Below are positions 55,635 through 62,708 of a DNA stretch of 64,000 bases, one piece after another. The DNA comes from an uncultured Gammaproteobacteria bacterium (GTDB lineage Bacteria > Patescibacteriota > Microgenomatia > UBA10105 > UBA927). The translations under genes and the position numbers were made by a program. Below the pieces are notes generated by a model, which worked only from the letters and a program-made list of their open reading frames with translations, was not told the origin of the DNA and searched no databases. Location of the stretch: positions 12,815 through 76,814 of the forward strand of contig CAZEVT010000003.1 of assembly GCA_964515005.1 (NCBI GenBank), written 5' to 3'. Every line of letters begins with the position of its first letter. Positions within the stretch are counted from its first letter, which is position 1.

Positions 55635-57638
55635 ATGCCCGAGGAGCTCAAAAAAATAGAACTGGAGACGACGCCTCGGCCAAAGGCCGACCAGCCTCTG
55701 GCTGGTGTACCCGCTTTGAACTCCATGAACAAGAAACCATTTCCCTGGAAATTTATTTTCATTCCTTTAGGCGTCATCCTTGTTTTCCTCGTTGTGATCG
55801 GACTCATGTTGCTTCCGCTTCGCGGCGTTATGGCCAAAGCCCAAAACGTTGCGCAAACCGGTCGTATCCTTGGGGATGCCGTGAAAAGCCAGGACCTGGT
55901 GAAGGCAAAAGAAGGGCTTGCAGCGACAAGGAAAAGTCTTGAGGAGCTTCGGAGTGAGTACGGCAAAATAAAACCGCTTATGGTCGTTCCTCTTCTCGGC
56001 GCGTATATAAAAGATGGCGATCACGCAATCAAAGCAGGGTTTGCCGGACTTGATGCGGGGGACAAGGCCATCGAAGCACTCGAGCCCAATGCGGACATTC
56101 TGGGACTCAAAGGCAAAAGCACATTTGTCTCGGGGACCGCCGATGACCGGATCCAGACAGCAGTCAAAACCATGAACGCGCTCGTGCCAAAAATAAATGA
56201 AATGGCCGGAAGCATCGATACCTTACGACGCGAAATCGACGCGATAGATCCCGCGCGCTACCCCGACCACATCGGCAAGACGTCCATTCGGCCGCGCCTC
56301 GTGGGAATCAAAGAAGTCATTGAAAATGCGGCGAATTTGTTTGTGAATGCACAGCCTTTACTCGTGAATCTACCCAAACTTCTTGGCGAGCCCGATGAAA
56401 AGCGCTACCTCGTGCTTTTCCAAAACGACAAGGAACTTCGGTCAACAGGCGGATTCATCACCGCCTACGCACAGTTCCGGTTTGTACGGGGCAAAGCAAT
56501 TTTGGAAAAATCAGATGATATCTACGCGCTTGATGCCGCCAAGACCAAGAAGTTTGAAGCACCCCGGGAAATTTCCACGTTCCACAAAGGTGTCTATGAG
56601 CTCCACATCCGCGACTCAAATCTTTCGCCCGATTTCAAGACGTCCATGCTGAAGTTTGAAGAAATGTACAACACCACATCTGGTAAAGAAAAAATTGACG
56701 GTATTTGGGCGATGGACACGCATGTACTGGTCGAGGCATTGAAGATTTTAGGCCCCATGAACGTATACGGCCGCGTGTTTAGTGCAGAAATTGACAAGCG
56801 GTGCGATTGCCCCAAGGCAGTCTACGAACTTGAGGATTATTCGACGCGCCCGGTCAACTATGTGAAGACCGCGCGCAAAGATATTATCGGTGTCCTTCTT
56901 CAGACTATTTTGCAGCAGGCCTTGGGCGTTTCCCCTTCCAAGTACTGGGGACCGCTTTTCCAGATGCTCATTACGGAAATTAACGAAAAGCATGTCCTTG
57001 CATACTTCCATGATCCTGCCGCCCAGAAGGCCGCGGAAAGCTTCAATATGGCAGGTCGCATTATGGCGGCAACCGACACGGCGACGCTTTTGAAGTATGA
57101 AGAGGGCAACGGCTGGGACTATCTCCACGTCAACCACAGCAATATGAGCGGCGCTAAAGCCAATATGTTTGTATCGGAGAAAATTACCAAAGACACGACC
57201 GTAAATACCGACGGAACGGTGATCACTAAATTAACCGTCGATTATAAAAATCCCTACAAAGGAAGCGACTGCGGACTCGAGTCCGGAGGGCTCTGCCTTA
57301 ACGCGCCGCTTCGCAATTGGGTGCGGGTGTTTGCGCCAGCAGGAAGCAAGCTCGTTGAGAGTAAAGGCACTCAGTCGCCCAAAGACAGCAAAGCGACGCC
57401 CATGGAGACCTATGACTCACTGGGAAAAACTGTGTTTGAAGGGTTCCTCATCGTCAACCCATTGGGGACAGCGAAGCTTGAGCTGACGTATACGTCACCG
57501 GTTTCCCAGGTAGACGGGAAATACAAGCTCCTTATCCAGCGCCAGCCGGGATCTGACGATCAGGAGTTTATTCTCAAGCTCGGCGGTAAAGAAAGAAAGA
57601 AATTTATCCTCAAAACTGATACGGAGGTAGTATTGTAG
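55635..57638 (+). CDS. DUF4012-domain membrane-anchored protein
   Basis: N-terminal TM; helical region; YLVLFQN..ELR.TGGFI, RDSN.SPDF, N..G.K.N, ..VRV..P.GS, Y.L..QRQPG. Confidence 0.8.
   Translation: MPEELKKIELETTPRPKADQPLAGVPALNSMNKKPFPWKFIFIPLGVILVFLVVIGLMLLPLRGVMAKAQNVAQTGRILGDAVKSQDLVKAKEGLAATRKSLEELRSEYGKIKPLMVVPLLGAYIKDGDHAIKAGFAGLDAGDKAIEALEPNADILGLKGKSTFVSGTADDRIQTAVKTMNALVPKINEMAGSIDTLRREIDAIDPARYPDHIGKTSIRPRLVGIKEVIENAANLFVNAQPLLVNLPKLLGEPDEKRYLVLFQNDKELRSTGGFITAYAQFRFVRGKAILEKSDDIYALDAAKTKKFEAPREISTFHKGVYELHIRDSNLSPDFKTSMLKFEEMYNTTSGKEKIDGIWAMDTHVLVEALKILGPMNVYGRVFSAEIDKRCDCPKAVYELEDYSTRPVNYVKTARKDIIGVLLQTILQQALGVSPSKYWGPLFQMLITEINEKHVLAYFHDPAAQKAAESFNMAGRIMAATDTATLLKYEEGNGWDYLHVNHSNMSGAKANMFVSEKITKDTTVNTDGTVITKLTVDYKNPYKGSDCGLESGGLCLNAPLRNWVRVFAPAGSKLVESKGTQSPKDSKATPMETYDSLGKTVFEGFLIVNPLGTAKLELTYTSPVSQVDGKYKLLIQRQPGSDDQEFILKLGGKERKKFILKTDTEVVL
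55676..55705 (+). repeat. 30-bp palindromic element, copy 3 (in-frame, N-terminal tail)
   Basis: TCGGCCAAAGG-CCGACCAG-CCTCTGGCTGG; 26/30 identical to copy 2; encodes RPKADQPLAG. Confidence 0.82.
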
Positions 57639-57655
57639 CCGCTAGACATACCCGC

Positions 57656-58201
57656 GTGTATACGGCGGAGGGAATAGTGCTGAAGCGAAAGAGTATTGGA
57701 GAAGCCGATCGCATGGTTTCCCTGTTTACCAAAAAGTATGGCAAGGTGAGAGTATTGGCCCGGGGCGTTCGGAAAGTAAGTAGCCGGCGCGGTCCTCACA
57801 TAGAAGTGTTCAACCACGTGATTGCCACCATCCATAAAGGTGAGCATCAGGAATCGCTTTCTGAAGTTTCCCCTCTTGGAACGTTTGAAAATATACGAGG
57901 AGATCTTACGCGCATCGCGGCGGCATATTATCTCTGCGAACTCATCGACGGGCTCCTGCCCGAAGGACAAGTACACGAGGACGTGTTTAGGCTCTTGTCG
58001 GATGCGCTCACGACTCTCGGTACGGTTGAAACAAACCGGGTCGAGGTCCTCCGTGACCGGTTTGCCGCAGCGCTTCTTCGAATGCTTGGGTTTCTTGAAA
58101 AGGGAAAAAAGCCGCCGGGGCAGGATATAAATGCCTATGTCGAACACCTTTTGGAGCGTAGGCTCAAAACCGTGCGTCTGGCTTCACAGCTTAACATTTG
58201 A
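57656..58201 (+). CDS. recO: DNA repair protein RecO (short form)
   Basis: EGIVLKR...GEADR.V.LFT...GK...LARGVRK..SR; GTG start uncertain. Confidence 0.88.
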   Translation: MYTAEGIVLKRKSIGEADRMVSLFTKKYGKVRVLARGVRKVSSRRGPHIEVFNHVIATIHKGEHQESLSEVSPLGTFENIRGDLTRIAAAYYLCELIDGLLPEGQVHEDVFRLLSDALTTLGTVETNRVEVLRDRFAAALLRMLGFLEKGKKPPGQDINAYVEHLLERRLKTVRLASQLNI

Positions 58202-58207
58202 TACTAT
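58199..58207 (+). promoter_or_regulatory. Extended -10 TGATACTAT, 6 nt before glyQS ATG
   Basis: TGn-TACTAT-gtatcc-ATG; the TGA is also the recO stop. Confidence 0.55.
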
Positions 58208-58213
58208 GTATCC

Positions 58214-59833
58214 ATGACCAACCTCGATAGTATTGTTGCCCTTGCCAAACGCCGCGGTTTTATTTACCCCGGATCAGAAATCTACGGAGGTCTTGCAAAC
58301 GCTTGGGATTATGGTCCTGTAGGGGTTGAACTGAAAAACAACATTAAAAATTTATGGTGGAAAAAATTCGTTCATGGGCGCGATGATATCGTTGGGCTCG
58401 ATGCTGCCATAATGATGAATAGAAAAGTATGGGAAGCCTCTGGTCACGTCAACAATTTTACTGATCCGTTAGTGGAATGCCTAAATTGTCATTATAGGGA
58501 TAGGGTTGATCAGATATTGCCAACAGATAAGTTGGTAAATTTTAGAAGTATTGTTTTGAGTGATATCGAAAAACAACAAAAAAAATTAAATGATAGTCTT
58601 GCCGGAATAACGAGTATTCCAAAAGTTATTGAAAGAATCGAATCAGCAACATATTTGAATGAAGCGCAAAAAAGAGAATTTATTAAATCGTTAAAAGGGG
58701 TAAAAGATGCGGAATTGAATTCCTCTGTAATTAGTAATACCCGATTGAGCAAAATAATCGAAGACGTAGGAAAGTCATTTAAATATGAGGGTGAATTAAC
58801 TCAATTTATTCTAAATACATATACGCCGTGCCCGAATTGTGAAAGGAAAAACATTTGGACACAGCCTAAAAGTTTTAATTTGATGTTTAAAACAAACATG
58901 GGACCAATTGATGACAGTTCTTCGTTAGTGTACCTTCGTCCAGAGACTGCGCAGGCTATGTTTATAGACTTTAAATCTGTTCTAGACACAACAAGAATGA
59001 CTATTCCTTTTGGAATTGCTCAAATTGGCAAAGCGTTTCGTAATGAAATAACAACAGGAAATTATATATTTAGAACAAGAGAATTTGAACAGATGGAGAT
59101 AGAATATTTTATTCCAGAACCAACAAATAAGAATGATTGGCTAGATTATTTTATCGAGTGGAAGAACGAATTTTACGAATGGTTTAAACTAATTGGTCTT
59201 GATGTAAATAAAATTAAAGAATACGACGTTCCTGAATACGAGCTTGCCCACTATTCTAAAAAGACGATTGATTTTGAATACGAATTTCCCTTTGGATTAA
59301 AAGAACTTTATGGTCTCGCCTATAGAACAAATTTTGATTTAAAAAATCATGAAAGAATGTCAGGTAATATAATGAAATATAGAGATAATCTGACTGCGGA
59401 AGAGTATTATCCTCATGTAATAGAGCCGACTTGGGGTGTAGATAGAACAGTGCTCGCAGTATTATGTGATGCTTATAGGGAAGAAGGAGAGAATGAAAAA
59501 AAACGGATATATTTAAAAATAAAACCTATCTTGGCACCATATAAGATAGCAGTCTTTCCATTAGTTCGTAACAGAGAAGATATAGTCGATAAAGCGCGAA
59601 GTGTTTATAAAAAACTAAAGCAAAAGTATAATGTGATTTGGGATGACAGAGGTAATATTGGTAAACGGTATTATTCGCAGGATGAAATTGGTACACCTTG
59701 GTGTGTTACAGTTGATCATCAGACGCTTGAGGATGATACCGTGACTATCCGCGACCGGGATACGACCGAGCAGGATCGGGTCAATATTTCCAAGCTAACG
59801 GAATATATTGACGAAAGGCTACGCAGCCTGTAA
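58214..59833 (+). CDS. glyQS: Glycine--tRNA ligase, homodimeric (alpha2) type
   Basis: KRRGF..GSEIYGG, DYGP.G.ELKNN, SGH...F.DP, YLRPETAQ, GIAQIGKAFRNEIT, FRTREFEQME, AHYS, PHVIEP..GVDR, IGKRY..QDEIGTP. Confidence 0.96.
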   Translation: MTNLDSIVALAKRRGFIYPGSEIYGGLANAWDYGPVGVELKNNIKNLWWKKFVHGRDDIVGLDAAIMMNRKVWEASGHVNNFTDPLVECLNCHYRDRVDQILPTDKLVNFRSIVLSDIEKQQKKLNDSLAGITSIPKVIERIESATYLNEAQKREFIKSLKGVKDAELNSSVISNTRLSKIIEDVGKSFKYEGELTQFILNTYTPCPNCERKNIWTQPKSFNLMFKTNMGPIDDSSSLVYLRPETAQAMFIDFKSVLDTTRMTIPFGIAQIGKAFRNEITTGNYIFRTREFEQMEIEYFIPEPTNKNDWLDYFIEWKNEFYEWFKLIGLDVNKIKEYDVPEYELAHYSKKTIDFEYEFPFGLKELYGLAYRTNFDLKNHERMSGNIMKYRDNLTAEEYYPHVIEPTWGVDRTVLAVLCDAYREEGENEKKRIYLKIKPILAPYKIAVFPLVRNREDIVDKARSVYKKLKQKYNVIWDDRGNIGKRYYSQDEIGTPWCVTVDHQTLEDDTVTIRDRDTTEQDRVNISKLTEYIDERLRSL

Positions 59834-59842
59834 GCTGGTTCT

Positions 59843-60301
59843 ATGAACAAGAAAATAGGAATTATTGTTGGAGTTTTAGCACTTCTACTCGTTGTAACCG
59901 GCGTGGTTGTCTACAAGGCGGTGTTTTCCCAAAAACCTGCGGTTGTTGAGGAGGTCATCGATGAACCGTTGCCGCCTGCGGATGCCACAATTTCCGTGGA
60001 GATTACCAAAAGCAAAGTGAGAGAAAATACACTGGTGTTGACGGTTTCGGGATTGGGATCCAACTATTCAACACTTGCATATGAGATAAGCTACGAAACC
60101 CAGGGAGTAGTGCAGGGAGTCACGAGCCAACCGCTTGTTTTATCAGGAAAAGATACGTTTGTGCGGGATGATATCTATCTTGGTACGTGTTCTGGGAAAG
60201 TCTGTAAGCCACATCTAGGAGTCAAAAAGGTTTCGGTCGTTATCGAATTTACCGACTCTTCCGGCCAAAAGAGCCAGTTTTCGAAAGATTATACGCTGTA
60301 A
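59843..60301 (+). CDS. Membrane-anchored hypothetical protein
   Basis: N-terminal TM; YEISY...QGV and LGTCSGKVC motifs. Confidence 0.75.
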   Translation: MNKKIGIIVGVLALLLVVTGVVVYKAVFSQKPAVVEEVIDEPLPPADATISVEITKSKVRENTLVLTVSGLGSNYSTLAYEISYETQGVVQGVTSQPLVLSGKDTFVRDDIYLGTCSGKVCKPHLGVKKVSVVIEFTDSSGQKSQFSKDYTL

Positions 60302-60495
60302 TGTTTGCCAAAACGTGGTTCGAGATTTTATCGGAATTATTCGTAAACCTTGCAGCCGGTTGGTTTGCAGTGGTATTTATTGAACCGCAGTTCGGCTCTG
60401 TGGGGACTGTTTGGTTCTTGATTCACAGATTTATACTTGGTATGCTTTCATTGTCCTTTGCGAAATTACTTCGCGACGAAAGTAAAAAGCTATGA
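60301..60495 (+). CDS. Small 2-TM membrane protein (64 aa)
   Basis: LSELFVNLAAGWF; TAATG overlap with the upstream gene. Confidence 0.65.
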   Translation: MFAKTWFEILSELFVNLAAGWFAVVFIEPQFGSVGTVWFLIHRFILGMLSLSFAKLLRDESKKL

Positions 60496-60617
60496 TGAAT
60501 TTCAGTCAGATTACAAATAACATTGCCGTTTTATACTCATTGGCATTTATCATTGTGCTTTTAATGTATATTGCCTTTTATAAAAAATCTCCTCGGCAAA
60601 AATCTGGACGGAAATAA
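60492..60617 (+). CDS. Small single-TM protein (41 aa), absent from the ORF track
   Basis: MMNFSQITNNIAVLYSLAFIIVLLMYIAFYKKSPRQKSGRK*; ATGA-coupled to the upstream stop; hydrophobic core plus basic tail. Confidence 0.6.
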   Translation: MMNFSQITNNIAVLYSLAFIIVLLMYIAFYKKSPRQKSGRK

Positions 60618-60634
60618 GACAAAGACAGTTTTCC

Positions 60635-60661
60635 AAATATTACTACCTGTAGGCAGTTTAG
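60635..60661 (+). repeat. Left inverted repeat (core CTACCTGTAG, 60643-60652)
   Basis: Reverse complement of the core CTACAGGTAG at 61115-61124, with shared AAATAT and AGTT flanks. Confidence 0.5.
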
Positions 60662-60672
60662 ATTGATAAAAC

Positions 60673-60701
60673 TTGACAAACTAGAGCGTCAAGAGTACTA
60701 T
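60673..60701 (+). promoter_or_regulatory. sigma70 promoter TTGACA-N17-TACTAT, 7 nt before ATG 60709
   Basis: Perfect -35, canonical spacing. Confidence 0.75.
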
Positions 60702-60708
60702 GGGCGAC

Positions 60709-61092
60709 ATGAAGCGCGAGATTGACCTAACGCAGCAAACGTTTTTTAAATCCCGTTTACCCCAAGAAGGACCTCTGTCTGGTGTTAGGTCATATCATTC
60801 CGGAGTGTTTCAGCAAGAAAGTTTGCCAGAATTTGGAATACTTGTTGTAGAAAAAGCAGAGAGGAATTATTTCAAGAAAAAGGTAAAAACTATTCCAGTA
60901 ACTGACATCACTGATCCTGATACTCAGGTATGGTTAACAGGATCGCCTAAAGCACTATCAGTGAAGCTAGCGGAGCCACCTGCCGGATTTGTTCAGGATA
61001 CAGAAGGAGCGAGAATTGCGTTGGAAAAAGGTGGGTTTCTAGAAGAACAGCCAGCGCTTCTTGTAGTTCCTGACAAAAAATTCGACTACTAA
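60709..61092 (+). CDS. Hypothetical protein (127 aa)
   Basis: Open frame with its own promoter. The ATG at 60700 lies inside the -10 box, so 60709 is preferred. No recognised motif. Confidence 0.65.
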   Translation: MKREIDLTQQTFFKSRLPQEGPLSGVRSYHSGVFQQESLPEFGILVVEKAERNYFKKKVKTIPVTDITDPDTQVWLTGSPKALSVKLAEPPAGFVQDTEGARIALEKGGFLEEQPALLVVPDKKFDY

Positions 61093-61108
61093 ATCGCTAA
61101 TTTTCTCC

Positions 61109-61133
61109 CTAACTCTACAGGTAGCGTATATTT
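61109..61133 (-). repeat. Right inverted repeat (core CTACAGGTAG, 61115-61124)
   Basis: Reverse complement AAATAT-ACG-CTACCTGTAG-AGTTAG versus left AAATAT-TA-CTACCTGTAG-GCAGTTTAG. Confidence 0.5.
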
Positions 61134-61172
61134 TACCCTCATAACTCAACCTGTTATTTCGTGAAATACCCC

Positions 61173-61235
61173 TTGACATTCCGTGAAAAATGGGTGACTA
61201 TGGATATGGATGGGAAGATATGGTAGAGTTAGGGA
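61173..61235 (+). promoter_or_regulatory. dcw promoter (TTGACA-N17-GACTAT) with an MraZ-binding direct-repeat array
   Basis: TGGGT 61191, TGGAT 61201, TGGGA 61211, TGGTA 61221, AGGGA 61231: exact 10-nt period, as known for MraZ operators. Confidence 0.75.
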
Positions 61236-61646
61236 ATGAAGTTGTTCCTTGGTGAATACGATCATGCACTGGACGATCGGGGCCGTATAACGCTCCCGAG
61301 AAAGATTCGGCAAGAGTTAGGAGACGAAAGGGAATTGGTACTTGCGCGCGGGTTTGATACATGCATTTTTGGGTTTGACCGGTCCAGTTGGGAACGAGAA
61401 GCGGGAAAGCACCTTGAAACACCGGTGACCGATGAAAAAGGAAGGAGTTTGCGCCGCTATCTGTTTTCAGGGGCGCAAAAAGCGGACATAGACAAGCTTG
61501 GTCGTATTCTTTTGCCTGCCCAGCTCAAGGAATATGCTTCGATTTCCCGTAATGTAGCAATCATAGGCGCCGGAGACCATTTTGAGATTTGGGACAAGAA
61601 GAAATGGGACACATATGAAGCCACACATACCGGTTCTCCTGCGTGA
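61236..61646 (+). CDS. mraZ: Division/cell wall cluster transcriptional repressor MraZ
   Basis: F.GEY.H.LD..GRI.LP, D..GRILLP..L..YA, IIGAGD.FEIW. Confidence 0.95.
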   Translation: MKLFLGEYDHALDDRGRITLPRKIRQELGDERELVLARGFDTCIFGFDRSSWEREAGKHLETPVTDEKGRSLRRYLFSGAQKADIDKLGRILLPAQLKEYASISRNVAIIGAGDHFEIWDKKKWDTYEATHTGSPA

Positions 61647-62406
61647 AGCCGTTGACGGGCTCCAAGTAACCCCAGGGAAGCGTTTTATCGATGCGACGTA
61701 CGGTGGCGGTGGACATGCACGAGAGATTGAGCGGCTAGGTGGGCAAGTGTTGGGAATAGATACTGATCCGGACGCTGGGGCAATACTCGGAAACTTTAGA
61801 AATATTGAAAAAATAGCGATTGAGTATGGATTTGGTGAAGTTGATGGGATCTTATTTGATTTGGGAGTATCGAGCCATCAGCTGGATACGGCAGAAAGAG
61901 GCTTTAGTTATAGGTTCGGAGACGCGCCGCTGGACTCGCGACTCAATCAAAGTGAAGGGATCACCGCCGCGGAATACTTAAAAACAGTGAGTGAAAACGA
62001 ATTATATGAAACTTTGGCAACGTTTGGTGAAGAAGAGCATAGTCGGGCAATTGCTGTTGCTATTATCAGGGCCCGTCACTTAAGTCCGGTGGCAACAACC
62101 GGAGATCTTTTAAAAATTGTCGGCAAAAACGCCGCATCTCGGGTATTTCAGGCACTACGCATTGCCATAAATGATGAGCTTCATGCTCTCAAAGATGGCC
62201 TGCAAGGGGCGAAGGCACTTTTAAAGCCAGGAGGAAGACTCGTTGTTATCAGCTTTCATTCATTGGAAGACCGGATCGTAAAGTTATTTTTACAATCCGA
62301 TGCATGGAAGGTGATAACGAAAAAACCAATAACGCCAAGCGAAGAGGAAATAAGAGAAAATATACGGTCAAGAAGCGCAAAAATGCGGATTGCCGAAAGA
62401 ATATGA
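61615..62406 (+). CDS. rsmH: 16S rRNA m4C1402 methyltransferase (compact form)
   Basis: HIPVLL.E, DATYGGGGH, DLGVSS.QLD...RGFS, FQALRIAINDEL, ISFHSLEDRIVK, N.RSRSAK.R. Confidence 0.95.
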   Translation: MKPHIPVLLREAVDGLQVTPGKRFIDATYGGGGHAREIERLGGQVLGIDTDPDAGAILGNFRNIEKIAIEYGFGEVDGILFDLGVSSHQLDTAERGFSYRFGDAPLDSRLNQSEGITAAEYLKTVSENELYETLATFGEEEHSRAIAVAIIRARHLSPVATTGDLLKIVGKNAASRVFQALRIAINDELHALKDGLQGAKALLKPGGRLVVISFHSLEDRIVKLFLQSDAWKVITKKPITPSEEEIRENIRSRSAKMRIAERI

Positions 62407-62699
62407 ACATTCTAAGAACCATAGCAAAAACTATCCCGGTATTCGTCATTCTTCTTATCGTGGCCCAGATTATCTGGAGTAATACCCTCGTCGGATCCGG
62501 CCGTGAGGTTCTGGCTATTGATGCTGCCATTTCAGAACTTCGCCAGGCCAACGGTCAGCTCGGCGAACAAGTGGCCTCGGCAAGCAGTCTCGTTACCGTC
62601 GCGGCTAAGTCCAAAGAACTGGGGCTCGTCGAGCCTTCAAAGGGCCAATTTGTTATGATAGGAAGTGAGACCCTGCCTGTGGCTCTTGCCCGCCCGTAA
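62403..62699 (+). CDS. ftsL: FtsL-like cell division protein
   Basis: TM plus coiled coil plus A...ELGL motif; lies between rsmH and the PBP gene. Confidence 0.65.
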   Translation: MNILRTIAKTIPVFVILLIVAQIIWSNTLVGSGREVLAIDAAISELRQANGQLGEQVASASSLVTVAAKSKELGLVEPSKGQFVMIGSETLPVALARP

Positions 62700-62708
62700 C
62701 TCTCACTT

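Noticed and set aside
38331-55705. CRISPR array formed by the 30-bp palindromes
   Set aside because: The copies are kilobases apart, inside genes and in both orientations, with no cas genes.
57560-58147. 195-aa minus-strand ORF
   Set aside because: Antisense to a clear recO.
58478-58840. Intein or intron in glyQS
   Set aside because: No splice-junction residues or homing-endonuclease motifs, and the frame is continuous.
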